A stretch of 64,000 bases of DNA from Octopus bimaculoides. Taxonomy: Eukaryota. A program made the position numbers and the translations under genes. Numbering within the stretch: the first letter of the stretch is position 1; each line of letters begins with the position of its first letter. Shown here piece after piece: positions 1 to 13,109 of the stretch. The stretch is from assembly GCF_001194135.2 (NCBI RefSeq), contig NC_068998.1, forward strand, positions 29,368,699 to 29,432,698. Direction: 5' to 3'. The notes under the pieces were generated by a model. The model ran no database searches. It worked only from the letters and a program-made list of their open reading frames with translations, and was not told the DNA's origin.

Positions 1-183
1 CCAGTATTCAATATAGATGGGACACATGGAAGAGGGAGACCCAGGAAGACATGGAACAAAATACTGAAGGATGACCTCAGGACACTGAACCTTTCAGACA
101 AGATGACAAAGAACCAAGATACCTGGCACCTTGTTGTACCCAAGAAGACTCGTAATTCACAGCAGAAGTGTCAAGGCTGGTGA
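1..183 (+). mobile_element. RTE-clade LINE, 3' end of ORF (remnant)
   Basis: Frame 1 reads ...DGTHGRGRPRKTWNKILKDDLRTLNL..., the typical RTE C-terminal GRGRPRKTW motif; the same motif recurs near 57915-57960. Confidence 0.75.
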
Positions 184-559
184 GGAGGATTGGCCTGCAA
201 GAGTCCTGTGCCAATTCCACATAAAAGCATTCATGTGGTGTCACATTAAAAGCATCAGTGCTCTATCTGAAAGGTCAATTATCCAGAATGGGGTAATATA
301 GGGGATTGCCTTCAGACCACTATTGTTTGTAATAGCTTAAGCCAATTAATTTGGTTGACGATACTAAGATATAAATAAACAGTAAAAGGACCCAAAATAA
401 TATTAAATGCCTTTAGAAGGACTTTGATGCTGTATACATACTGGACTAGAGAAAACAATATGAAGTTCAGTACAGTATTACCATACATTCTCCAACAATA
501 CAAAATGATGACACACAGCTCAAAGAAACTGCAATACCAAGGCCTGAAACTGTGAAGGT

Positions 560-960
560 CCTGAGAATTGCAATGAATAAAGATACATCATTTCATGCAC
601 TTATTAAAAAAATGGAAAAAAAACAGGCCGAAGATTAGCAGGATGGATTCTAAGGATATTTGAACAAGACCACAAGAGGTCATGATTGCTTTCTGGAAGA
701 CTGTTGTTCTTAGTCACCTAAATTATTGAGTTATAGTCAGTCCATACTACCAAGATTACTAATGAACTGAAGGTAATCATACTCAAAACAAATGACTCTA
801 TACACCAAATGTGCTCCTGAAAGAGGTTAAAGGCTTTGAAACTATATTTCTGGGAAAATAGAAGGGAATGATGATTTACAAAAATCTATATCTGGAAAGT
901 ACTAGAGAAACTAGCACCAAACAAAACATCAAAAAGGACACTAATGTATAATCTTAAAAG
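560..960 (+). mobile_element. Degenerate CR1-like LINE RT C-terminal remnant
   Basis: Frameshifted RRLAGWILRIF / MIAFWKTVVLSHLNY resembles the CR1-type motif GWILRTF..R..EVM..LWKSLV..HL.YC. Boundaries are approximate. Confidence 0.5.
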
Positions 961-1009
961 TTCTGCTTTCTTGCTCTTATTGAGAACAAGGCACTTGAGT
1001 TTCAAATGT

Positions 1010-1560
1010 TCACAGCTATTCAGTGTTCTCCTTCAAAGCATGGGGATGGGTTATATATGCAAATGTCCAATGAATGCAATGGAGTGAAAGTTGGTAGAGT
1101 TGGAAAGGTTGCCTCTCTTGGGATGCAACACACTGTAACATGCTTTCAAAGTTCAGGATAGATTTCTGGAGAGAATGAAGAGCTTGATGAACATTGTGGC
1201 TATTTCTGATGTGCAATATTCAAGAGTAATGGAAGACTGTCAAGACTGGTAGGAAGGAGATAGACTTGGAAGAGGTTTGACAAGTGTGTGGTATGGAGTT
1301 GACTGCAAAGCAGACATTAATGGTAGAGTCTTTCTTTACAGCAATACTGCTTGCAGAACCATCAATGTTATGAAGCAAAGGAAAATTCAATTCAATAAAC
1401 TTAGTTTCAGAGGTGAAATAACCTGAGAGCTGTATGAAGTCATTTTTAGCAGTTTGGATGATGACCTTTTAGATGTTGCATTGATGAGCAAATACGCCTA
1501 GTTTTTGGAGGTATAGTGGGTTTTGCCACTTGCTGTGGCAGTCATTAAGTATGACATCTC
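1010..1560 (-). mobile_element. Degenerate L2/CR1-group LINE remnant (start of RT)
   Basis: The minus strand gives ..PKRGNLSNSTNFHSIAFIG.., resembling PKKGD.S.P.NYRPI.L; many stops. Confidence 0.45.
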
Positions 1561-1599
1561 TCTATACAATCTGATTGATTATACAAGTGATTTGTGTGT

Positions 1600-2520
1600 A
1601 TCCTACATCAGTGGATATCTTCAGCATCTGGTCTAGTTGCTTTCCCTTCCTTCCGATCCTTAATGATACATTCAATAGCTGGTCTCTTTCTCTCCTACAC
1701 ATTCTCTTCACTTGGCAACCTCTTTAGTAACACTTCTGCATCTTTATTCTCCTTATCAGTGAGGTCAAGCATGCCACTGCCATCACACCTTTCCTCAATG
1801 ACATTTTGATTCACATTGACACTTTCTTTTGCACCCCAGTGCATATCAAGCTTCTGATTCCCTCATCACAGAACATTAGCAAACCTCTTAGTTTCAGCAG
1901 CTTCTTTTAATGTTTATTGCTTCCCTCTTACTTCTGATCTATCTGGGCCAGTCTCTTAGTATTTACAGTTCTATTTAATGTACTATTCTACTTAACCTTA
2001 CTTTATCCACAGACCTGATCTGTGACTCACAGCAAGTTATCTCATAGAAACTCCCAATTGTCCTTTATCTCTGTCTCCCAGCCATCTGCATGAACTGATA
2101 TTTCTTTGAACCTCCAACTGACTGAAAGGTTTTTCAGCTTACATACCTTCCTTCTCCAGATTGTTTTATGTCTCTTCGACCATGTAGGTCTTATAGAGAG
2201 ATCAATGATCCCTTGTCTATGTTGTATGGTGCATTCTTCAATTAGTTATGTATCCTGTTTCTTGGAGAGTATAAAATTTATTTGATTTACATATTTACCT
2301 GAATGATCAGGTGGTTAAGTCAGTTGCATTACAGAATTTCAGGGTCCTTCATGAGTCCCTGTTCCTCATACCATATCCAAAGCATCCATGTACAATGGTG
2401 TATCCATCATGTATTTTGTCCAGTAAAATCGCCAGCCTTCATAACGTGGTCATTGTCATTCATCATTGAGGTAGTCACTGAGCTAACAAAGGAGCCTCTA
2501 TACATTCACTTGACCAGCTT
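1600..2520 (-). mobile_element. Degenerate RTE LINE remnant (APE to linker)
   Basis: Minus strand has VMKAGDF..HGCFGYGMRNRD..LKFCNA (RTE APE motif GDFN..GFGYG.RN) and IKDRKEGKATRPD (linker motif like KAPGP). Confidence 0.55.
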
Positions 2521-2910
2521 ATAGTAGAAGCCGAACTATCATCTTAAAACAGGTAGGACACAGTGGGCAATAGTCCTTGATATGTAAAAATGTGGGTAAT
2601 CATGGACGGAATGACTCTGATTTTAGGTCTACTCGATCTGGGTTGACCTGAGGTTAAACAACAGGAGTAACAATGTGTCAAGCGTGCATTACGGTAAATA
2701 CATACGTTTAACATGATAATAATACTAATATTAATGTCATAAACGGAATATGCGTGCACAGGCAGTAAGATAACATGACAGACAGGTAGAAATCAAAACA
2801 GGTTGATATAGGTAATGCATGTTAGATAAGATAGAGGGAATGATACAACTTACATGACAGTCAGATATGGATACGGAACAAAAAAAAATAATGTTTGTAT
2901 ATGATCATTC

Positions 2911-2998
2911 GGCGAAGGTAAAGAATACGCACACCATCCGTTTTCGGCGGTTAGAGTTACGCCGAAAACGGGTGGTGTGGGTATTCTTTACCTTCGCC
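2911..2998. mobile_element. 88-bp hairpin MITE with ~39-bp TIRs and 8-bp TSD (GATCATTC)
   Basis: The two arms GGCGAAGG...TTTTCGGCG / CGCCGAAAA...CCTTCGCC differ at 2 positions around a 10-nt loop (2950-2959). GATCATTC occurs at 2903-2910 and 2999-3006. Confidence 0.75.
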
Positions 2999-3468
2999 GA
3001 TCATTCAATCAGGTTTACAATCAAAGAATATAGATGGAACAAAAGGACCAGAATTATTTTCATTCATGACCGAAAGTAAGGTTGGATGAGTCACGGTGGA
3101 ATGCTACAGTAGCATGGGTGGGTGTCCCATGGAAAGAAATATCAAACGTTTCAAAGACAGCTCGTTATCCAAACAAAATAAAGGTATTCAATATTTTGAA
3201 AGGTAAACATTGGTGTATAAAAAAAATATGACTTTCACAGTTACCTTTATAAAAGTACATGTCTGAATTACGAAGAGCTGATATCTTCACTTAGCTGGGT
3301 TGCGTTGTCTGCGCACACGGCAGGAATATCAAGTACAAACACCCCAGCACGGAGTCTTGATATTCAACATTTAATTAATATTGTTTGGGGGTGCGGATTA
3401 TACCGACCTAACAAGGTACCTCATTTTAAGTACCTAAATCAACTGAATCTTAATTATATTTCATATAA

Positions 3469-3511
3469 TAGTGAGTGGATTTGGTAGACGGAAACTGAAA
3501 GAAGCCCATCA

Positions 3512-3574
<63 letters not shown>

Positions 3575-3603
3575 GTGTATATATTTATGTGTGTCTTTGT
3601 GTC
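3469..3603 (+). mobile_element. tRNA-derived SINE fragment with internal (TG)n/(TA)n
   Basis: GTGAGTGGATTTGGTAGACGGAAACTGAAAGAAGCCC matches the full copy at 39063-39402; runs into an N gap. Confidence 0.8.
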
Positions 3604-4973
3604 NNNNNNNNNNNNNNNNNNNNNNNNNNNNNNNNNNNNNNNNNNNNNNNNNNNNNNNNNNNNNNNNNNNNNNNNNNNNNNNNNNNNNNNNNNNNNNNNN
3701 NNNNNNNNNNNNNNNNNNNNNNNNNNNNNNNNNNNNNNNNNNNNNNNNNNNNNNNNNNNNNNNNNNNNNNNNNNNNNNNNNNNNNNNNNNNNNNNNNNNN
3801 NNNNNNNNNNNNNNNNNNNNNNNNNNNNNNNNNNATATACGTGTGATAAACGACATTTTGAAATCAGGTTTAAAGCACTAACAAGAGTCCCATCAATTTA
3901 GTTTATCAAGGTGTTACGTAGACTATCAACAGTTTTCATATAATCAAGAACTCCAACACCTTATTGGATTTTGTTGTCGTACAGAACCAAGTTAACACTA
4001 TTCAGCACACCTATGTTGAAGGGCGTGCGAAGCTTAATAATCCCGTGATTTTCTTGTTTTTTGTTTGTTTTTAATGTCCGTAAACCTAAAGACGATACAG
4101 CATGTTTTAGCTTTTTAAGACGGTACTATATGACTTGAGCGAGATTTGCTTGGTATTTCTAGGAGAAGCACCCATGTAAAGATTTTCATGGCAAAGTGTT
4201 TTGATTAAGAGTGCTTGTGTTGACGTAGGTACTGTGTATTGTTTCAAAATATCTTTCTATTTCAATATTTACAAAACGAAAGTGTTTAATAAGGATACTA
4301 AATCGATGGGACACGTATTGCTCAGTAATACCGGGTTGGATTGATACACATTTACAACCAGTGAACAAATGTTCCGTGGTATGGAACCAGAAGTATCTTA
4401 AAAAAGGAGGAAAGAACTATCTTCTTCCTTTCCTATGAGGTACGAGACTTTGAGGGACAGCTGTTCTTTCCCATAAGGTATGGGACTTCGATGGACGGCT
4501 ATTCCAAAACTCCGCCATGTTATCTTAAGTCAGCCTTGATTACGAAAACCTATGTCAAATACATCCAGCCATGACCATCACATCTTTTCTATATATAAAA
4601 CTATATTGACCAATGCGGTCTTCTTGTTTTAATATAGTGGAATGTGATTTTGAGATTCGGCTGCTATATCTAATAAGTCGAGCGACCGCACGGAAGCTTT
4701 ATCACTATATTGTGACGTGCACCACCTTTCATCTATGCACTTACAATTATCGACAAGGAATGACAGTGAAATATAAATGGATATTCATACTTATAATTGT
4801 ACAAGCATGTACATACATACATACATAAGACACATTTGTTGTGACTTACCAATTGGCAACTCAAGTATATTGTAAGCTTCCTTCCTTGTCAAGGCCATTT
4901 ATAACAAAATATAATAAAGTCGAAGTTCCTTTCCTTTATTTGTATTATTGCACCGTAAACATCCAAGTGTCAC

Positions 4974-5002
4974 CTCGCACGAACACAAGTAGCAACCGCC
5001 AT
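4974..5002 (-). CDS. Possible short first coding exon (MAVATCVRA..) of a minus-strand gene
   Basis: aatATGGCG context, AG|GTGACA donor, and a TCACGTGA E-box at 5026-5033. No downstream exon identified, so this may be chance. Confidence 0.2.
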
Positions 5003-5869
5003 ATTCACTAAAGCATGTGAATATATCACGTGATCAAGCACAATTCGAGTATTATTGAATTATCCCCCTTCGATTCGTACAGTGGCTACTATTGAAATTC
5101 TTTAAATACTTTCTTTCTCTAGTTAGAAACTGCTTATAATACTGGGTTCAGCTTCTTGTTCTGACTATTAATCTAATTTTATGTTACGCTATATTAAGTT
5201 ATTAATCAAGAATGCTATTTCTTTAACATCAGCCAGGTGCACTTCCTATGTCCAATAGTCGTATAACGGAGATGGATAAATAAAGAAAATATAAAAATGA
5301 TATACGACGTGAGATGAAAATGAACTGGTAAGCGACGATTTATTCTCCGTTATAAAATACAATGATTGCCATACATGAAATAAAATAGATATAACAGGTT
5401 ACAACAAAGATCTGTGAGAAACTTCGTGGTCAGGCTGTACTGTTGATCTTGTAGATAAGGTTGACATACTGTTTTGTGGTGTGTAGAGGCAGCCGTTGGT
5501 CTTTTGGTTGTGTGGTGTTCATCCAACAACGATCTAAACAGGTGTCTGGTGGAGATGAAAGCAGAGAGCGGCTGGTGTCAGATACATCATTGTCAGAGAC
5601 GAGTGGCGTGTGCCAAAGAATTTCTTTATTTGCCTATAGGAGCATACATAGAGGAGACAGAACAAGGACGGTCTTTACACAGGGCTGGGGTTACAATCAT
5701 AATGATAAAAATTGATTAAATCGGTATGTTAAATCAAAAAGATGAATGAGATTAAAAATTAAATGATTATAATAAACACCGTTCTTGGGTTTTTATTTAA
5801 CCCGCCGGCTTTTTTTTTTTTTTGTCCTTTGTTTTCCGTTCCTTTTTTTCCTTCTTTTTCGCCTTGACC

Positions 5870-8800
5870 GGCTACACTAGCACAGCCCCATTCAATCTCA
5901 GCTTCTTTACAACAGTTATCCATCTTTACTCGAACACTCTTTGAGACAGGCACTTTTCTCCAGACGGATCTTTCTCATCAGGTGGTAGTTAAAATGACTT
6001 ACTAACTCGTGTCCGGAGATAAAGTTGCCTGTCTCAGTTCCCCTTCCACGCGTCATCCATACCGTGTCTTTCAGTATGGCTACTAAACAGGAAAAAGACG
6101 CCTCTCTTTCCTTATTAAAGGAAAAAGGCAGTACGATCTTAATGATGGACTCAGTCGATAGCCGTACTCTTTCCGTTTCTGACATCAGTTGTTCGACATA
6201 GGTTATCAGTCACCTCAATTCCCACAATGTACGAAGGCGTGCGTGACAGTTTCACTGATGCGCCCACACCTCGGGCATGGAAGGGGTGTCAAACCGTGCT
6301 TTGACAACCTCTCTCGAACTGGTAAGGCCCATCGATAGCACAGCCAAACTAAGGATTTCTGGAAATTATCCGGAAACCTCGGCCCGAATGTCCCTCCGAA
6401 CAGCTGGTTCCCATCGAAGCCCAGAGCCTCCCTCCAGGACGTCGTCGGATTCGTGCTCTACCAACCCGCTATAAAAATCCGCTGTGGTAGCCCCGCTGCC
6501 GGTACTACTCACCCGGGAGAACAGAGTGTGTGCTTGTCTGCACTCCTTCTGCCATTCACCCATTCTAGGTTTTCCCGTAGGAAGGTTAATTGCGGAAAAA
6601 AGAACTTGACGTGCGGTGACCACACCTGTTCACCATCCAGGTAGAGCCAGAGATGTCTCAGCCTCAGCGCAAACTTGCGCATCATCAGCCAAGGCATCCC
6701 TAACCCACCTTTTAACGGTTTCTGGCAGCAGATAGAGCACCTCACTAGTGGTGGTTTCCTTTTCCACAAAAAGTGGAAAAGGATCCGTTCCAACTTGATC
6801 AGCCACATGCCGAGGCAAGGCACGATGCACCTGTACAACCTCCGCTCTCCCTAACAAGGATAGCGTCCTCCCAGAGCAGGTCTGGGTTATGGCCGTCACC
6901 TTGTCTGTGACCTAGCTCCAGTTTTTCTCCATCTGGAGATCTGGTCCAAACCAGACCACGAGCAGTTTAACCGGGCCCTCCGTCCAACATCCAACGACGC
7001 TGTTGGGAGGCTTCGACTTGCCCCTCCAGGTGTCGAGTTGCAAGTCATTGATTTATCCTGGTTAAGTTTTGCCCCTGCCACCGCTTCGTATCTTTTAATG
7101 GCATCTTCTACACGATGTAGCTGCCCTTCATCAGACATGATGATGGTGACATCATCCGCATATGCCGTTGCTCCCTTACCGTAACATAGATCACGCGGTT
7201 CTCCCCCCGCATCCCCCAACCTCCGCAGCAGTAGCTTAAGAGCCAATACATACAGAAGCGGGGACAGGGAGCAACCCCGGCGAACGGCTTCGAGAAGAAA
7301 CCGTTCACCTGGACGACTGAATCGATGTCGCTATATATAGCATTGATCCAGCCGTCGAGCCCAGTTCGACCTATCGAATGCTTTAGACTGGTCTAAATTC
7401 ACCAGTGCCCCACCCTTGCCAGGAACTTTAGTAACCCTCTCTATGGTGTAGCACATGAGGTGAAGGTTGTTATGTGTCGTCCTTCCTAGGATGGCGCATG
7501 TCTACGCCTCTCCCACCAAGTCGCCTTCGACAAGCCTCACTATCTTGGCTAACACCTTGACCAAAATCTTTAACTCTGTATTTAGCAGAGTTATAGGCCT
7601 GAAATTATTAATGACTCCCCCCTTGTTCGGGTCCTTCCTGATCGGTGTTACTACTTCCCAACTCACAGACTCGAACGTAGGGCAGGTAAACTCTACTTTC
7701 TCCCATTCTGTTGCCAGTTTGCGTATACAGCGTCCAATATGTTCCCGAACAAGTCTGGCATACTTTTATAAAATTCGTATAGTAGACTATCCAGTCCCGG
7801 CGACTTGTCCCCGGTGCACTCAGAAAGCACCTCTATAACCTCCACAGCTGTGATCGGCCTTTCACAGCGCCCAGCCTCACGTACCGAGATACGCGGGCCG
7901 CTGGCCAGGAAATCCCGAAGGGCATCCCCGTAGTCCAGCGCCCCTCCCGAACAACGCGGCGAAGTGCTCGTGAAAGGCCTTTCCCATCTCTTCTTGTCCT
8001 TGGAACTCCCGTCCATGCTCATCTACCACAGACCTTATCGTAGCATCTATGCCACGTTGGGTTTCTACCGAGCGAGCCCACCCGAAAACGTTGATACCCT
8101 CGCGACCCAGTACACGTACTTTTGCCCGAACTCTGCATCCTTCATGTTTGGCATTGAGGTGTCGGTCCAAGGCCGATCTCGCCGCCAAAACTTGGAGTGC
8201 AGAGCCCTCTCTCAGCGCCTCGTCTAACGCCTTAACTAAACTCCTTTCTACTCTAGCCTGTTCTAGACTTAACAGTTTGCTAAATCTAATAAACTCAAGT
8301 TGAATGGCTCGTTTGAGGGCACACCACCACCGGTTATTTAACACAGTGCCAGTTAGTGCCCTCGTTGCTAACTCCTTAATCTGGCTACGGTAAGTTTCGC
8401 AAGCCAATAGGGATTTGTTCAACTTCCAGTAGCCAGACCCCTGTCTATGGACTTTATCTATATGCATCCTACACGTCACTAATTTGTGATCCGTGTAGGG
8501 TACATAGGTAAATTGTGGACAACTAAAACTAGACTTATCTCTAGAATTAACTATTATCCTATCTATATAAGACCTGATTGATCCGTCGTTATTACTCCAA
8601 GTCCACGTTGAAACGCTTGGATTCTCAAGTCTGTATCGATCTGCCAGCCTAAATCGCCTCAGCAAATCGACGAGGCATGAGTTACATCTATCATTCGAGC
8701 CTACGCTATCCTGACGTGCATCCAGAATAGCATTAAAGTCTCCAAGCATAACTAGTGTCTTTGATGTCACAAGAAAGTTCTCCAGGCGTCGATAGAAATT

Positions 8801-9145
8801 ATTCTGTCTGCCTATCATGCCAGGCACGTAAATGCCAATCAACCTGAAGGCTTTACCTTTGAATGTTAGATCCAGAACGACCGACTCACAAGATCGTACG
8901 TGTCTGGAGGGCCAAGTTTTTCTGGAGCAACACTACAATGTCCCCTTTCCCCCTGTCCGACTAGGAGACATGACTTTCTCATAGCCATTCAGGAGAGTTG
9001 AGAAGGCCTGCAGCTTGTCCAACTTGATCTCTGTAGCAACCATAACATCTATTCTATGTGACCGGAGGTGGTCGAGGAAAGAAGCCTGCTTCCGCTTCAA
9101 CCTCAGACCACGCACATTCAAACTACCTACACACAGTGTAGCCAT
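5870..9145 (-). pseudogene. LINE ORF2 (APE endonuclease + RT + CCHC), frameshifted
   Basis: SLNVRGL, ATE, GDFN and SYIDRI..PYTDH (APE); RRGCSLSP and YADDVTII (RT); CPRCGRISETVTHAFVHC near 6226-6280. Confidence 0.9.
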
Positions 9146-9569
9146 GTCATAAAACGAAAAAGAAGGAAAGTAGAGCTTACCTACCCTTTCATCTTTCGAG
9201 GGGGATTGTTCTCGGTGTCACTGAGATCTGTTCCCCCTCCCCTTCCTCTCTTCCAGGCTTGGTTCCGCCTGTGGGTTAGATACTTTTGGCAACCCTTTCA
9301 GTTCTACAATATCTTTGGGGTTTTTCCTTTAAGCTCCGTGTACAGTTTTCGGGAAATTTTCCCGATTGTGATTTTTAACTGCCACTGTTGGTACAGGTTA
9401 GGCTTTGTTGGTGGGGTTTGATAACTCCTTCTAAGTATTTGTTATTGTTTTTATATACCACTGTAATGGTGTCAGTTTTCTCGGGGGTTTCGATTTTTCC
9501 TAATTTTAATTTTTTCCTTTTTTTATTTTTTTTATATTTTCCTGTTCTTATTTTTTAGTTATTTTAGTT

Positions 9570-10486
9570 TTAAAAGCCGCCTCCTGAGTCTTGGTTGGCG
9601 CTCCATTTTTTTGGTTCTTTTACGCGGCACCGTCTGATAATCCATGTCTTCCTCAGACGGTATCGCTGTAATCTCTGCTGGTTCCATTCCTTCAGTGTTG
9701 TCTTTACTGATGGCGATCGCCCTCTGAGAAACAGCCTCCTTAGCTGGGGGCGCCGCCTCTTCTTTTTTCCCCTCCTCTTCGGGGACTTTTTCTTCTTCCT
9801 TATCTTTTTTCGAAGGAGAGGCACTTAGACCTCAGGTGTCCCTTTTTCCCGCACTTGAAACACCTGGAAGAATGGTTTCCTCTCCGATGTGAATTGTCTC
9901 GGGGAGATTTTCTAGGTCGGTAGTCGTGGCCTGTGCCAGGATTTCCAGAGTTTGACCCCGCCAGTTTTGTGGGGCGTCTCTGGAAATCTGGATTATATTT
10001 ATCTTGTCTTCCCTCTCAAATAAGAGAGGAGCCACGATCCACGTGACCTCTACCTCTGGGGGAATATTTTTTTATCTTTATCCGGGATGTTCTACGTCCC
10101 AGATATAGAGGCAACAACATAATGTTTCCATTTTGTAAGGTTCGAGTCAAAAACTCTCTTGCATTCTCTGCTGACTCGAACCTTGCTTCAACAGTTGCAA
10201 ATCTTGTGCCTCGGACTAGATATTTAATCTGGTTAATTACTGGCCGAAGGCACTTCTCAACTGTACCTTCTTCCAAATGTTCCAATTTTTTTTCTACGTC
10301 GTAAGTTTTGTATATTATAGTCTTTCCCTTTATTTTATTGATTATCTCATTTGGAGGAGTGATCTTACTCTCTCCGTTATCTTCGGTAATCATACTGAAA
10401 TATTCTCCACCCACAACAGCGGTAAAATTCCTTTTGTTTTTTTCTTCAATTGAAGACATTAATAATATTTTTCCAAAAATATTCAA
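9570..10486 (-). pseudogene. LINE ORF1 (frameshifted): probable RRM-like region, one CCHC knuckle, charged C-terminus
   Basis: ORF fragments 10016-10486, 9832-10035 and 9570-9824. RCFKCGKKGHLRSKC (CX2CX4HX4C) is encoded at about 9822-9866. Confidence 0.75.
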
Positions 10487-10949
10487 AAATTGTTCCGATA
10501 CGGAACACAGTTCAAATTCACCAAAAGCGGCTCACAATAATACACAATTTACAAATCCTTCCTCCTTGTGGGAGGATAACAGTTTCACAATGTTTATTAC
10601 AAGAAACCACAATAAACCAATAACAAATCCTGTAAGCAGGCAACAAATTTCAAACAAACAAGCCTTTCGGTGTAAATCGTCAAACGTGTAGCACAGAATG
10701 ATGTAACAACCAGGCGTGTGCCAAAGACAAAGCGTAGTCGAGAACTGCCGTTCTTATAGAGATCAGTAGGCTCCCAGAGCGAGTGATTTCCCGCGTAAGG
10801 TAAAACGAACTGTTGCGCCAACACAGTAGGACGGCTGAAACCGACCAATATAAACAAGTTCGGCTAATCACAAGGTCATGTGACCTGCTGGAACGGAAAG
10901 GTCTGTGGAGCCGATATCCAGGTATTTAAGCCTAAACAACCGAAACGAA

Positions 10950-11240
10950 AACATCTCACACATAATGACAGTGTAAATCACTTCTGCTACAGTCGGCTTG
11001 CCAAAACTCTCCGGTTCCTTCTGTGGTGTATTTAATACATGCAATCAGCCAGGCTCTTGTCTCCAGTCCATTATTTGACATCGTCAGTCTATAAATGCTT
11101 TTGACAGTCTCTTGCTTTCTTCCCCGTCACACTTCTTTTCAAAGTGGTTTTAGACAATGATTCGTGGCGTATGTCCAAAATATAATAGCTTTGTGGGCTT
11201 GAGTCTTGTTAATATGTGTCTTTTGACCTGTCAGCTTTTC
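10950..11240 (-). mobile_element. RTE 3' remnant
   Basis: The degenerate minus frame resembles RTE L.YFGHI.RH..L.KT.L.G.V.GK..RG...W.D..K.W. Confidence 0.5.
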
Positions 11241-12279
11241 TACTACTGCAGCGTTTTTCCAGCGTATTCTTCCAATCTAAGAAAGATCAACATCTTATAG
11301 TTATCTTTCTCCACTGCTCTGTACATTGTGCAAGTTTTTCCCCGTAGAGGACGATTGGCATAACATGGCAATCTACATGCTTCAAGTTTAGGTTCAGTGT
11401 TATGCCTTTTGAGGTGAAGAGTTTTTTCATTCGTGTAAATGTAGTTTTTTAGCCTTTTATTTATTGGAATACAATACGTATGTATATGATACATATATAA
11501 TGCAAAACTACATTAAAATACAACTACAAAACCAAAGAAAACTAACATGGGTGAAGAATGAGTAAAAAGAAGAAAAAATGGATGAAAGAAAATTAAAAAA
11601 CATCAATTCAACACCAAGTGCCTCAATTGATCGCACACCACAAGGTTCAACGGGACCTACTGAAGCAAGCCAACACACTCGCGGCATTACTGTGGGCGAT
11701 GACGATGCTAAGGCGGTTGAACAGCCAAGTACATTCGCGGGTACCACCTGATACCTCGGTAAAACGAGCCGCAAACGATGACAAGAATTTTGTTATTAGC
11801 GGCCCAGCTCCTCTAACGTCTCAAACGTCACAGGCTGGAAGAAATGGTTCACTGACAAGTCTCGATACTCAAGAATTTCGTTCCGTTCTGCTATGGAAAC
11901 AGTGACCCTCCCATTTAGCGCAGCATCCAGAATGTGTGAGGAAGCAAAGGAGTCACAGACTGTGACGTCCCAGATGAGGCACCTACCTCTTACCCAGGGC
12001 CGAAGTTTCTTCCATCGCTTTTGGATAATCCCGCTGGCACCAGAACTGAGGAGATATTAACCCGAACCAAGGTCCGCTTTCCTTTCTTTCTTTTCCATTT
12101 CTTTCTTCGCTCATGTTTGTATTTACTTCGGTTTTGGCTTCGTATTTTAATGTGGTTTTGTATTATATATATTTCATATATATACGTGTTGTATACCAAT
12201 AAATAAAAGGTCACAAAAAAAAAATCACGCTTAAAAAAAGTTTTAGCTTCATCTTTTACATAACTTCTTCACTATGAGC

Positions 12280-12660
12280 TTCCTGATCTTACTAATAACT
12301 GTAGTCTTTGTTTTACGTTCATATTTAGGCCTTGTCACCATAATCTTTATAACATCAACACTTTCTTGTAATTTCTCATTGCTGTCTGCCAATAATGCTG
12401 TATCATGGAGATCTTATGCTCATATCATTGACTGTGAGTCTTTTGACCTCATTTGACTCTCTGAATATGGTGAACATCGGCATTAAAAATAGGTATGGTG
12501 ATAAAACACATCATTGTCTTATACCTCTTTTTTTATTTCTTCTGGTTCTGACAATCCCTGGTCTATGTTGATGACTGCTTTTTGGTTTCACTATAATACA
12601 CAGATGTTTTGAAAAACAGGAATGTCAGCGACACTAAATATCCAACCCTTATAAAAATTC
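12280..12660 (-). mobile_element. RTE RT remnant
   Basis: Minus strand has RGIRQ*CVLSP and HDTALLADSNEKLQE (decayed YADD region). Confidence 0.65.
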
Positions 12661-13109
12661 CAACACCAACAACAAAATCTACAACAGAATCTCCCAGCAC
12701 CTATATAACACCACAAGGTAGGACCCAACCCATTTTGGATCTCTCAGAAATGTTTTGCGGTGAAGTTGAATAGATAGAAGAGAAGAAAACCATCCCCGTA
12801 AGAAGAGAAAGGAAAATTAAACAAGAAATAAATCATCCACGTAAAATGCAAGCGAAAGAAAACTAAAAGCAACAATTCCTACAGCAATGCGAAAACTAAC
12901 TCCACATCGACCACCACTACCATCACTACAAACACTATCGTTACCACAAACATCACCATCACCACAAACATCACAACAAGCACAAAAGCAACCCAATTCA
13001 CACTCATCAACAGCCAGGACAGCATCCACAAAGCGAACAAAAGAAAAACATCATCAATTATATGGCCGTAAATACAAACAATAAAAAATTAACGGACTGT
13101 AGTAACGCC

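Larger units (their letters stand above)
5620..10712 (-). mobile_element. Full-length L1/Tx1-clade non-LTR retrotransposon (frameshifted) with 15-bp TSD
   Basis: ORF1, ORF2 (APE, RT, C-terminal CCHC) and a 3' end AATAAAGAAAT are present. Identical GGCGTGTGCCAAAGA at 5605-5619 and 10713-10727. Confidence 0.9.

Noticed and set aside
4150-4420. Penelope remnant on the minus strand (RFSILIKHF..)
   Set aside because: Only a faint motif resemblance; too decayed to call.
11970-12030. Hammerhead-like CAGATGAGGC...GGCCGAAG
   Set aside because: Two core positions are non-canonical and stem I does not pair.
12850-13080. Thr- or Pro/Gln-rich mucin-like ORFs
   Set aside because: Degenerate ACC/ACA/ATC low-complexity sequence without splice or domain support.
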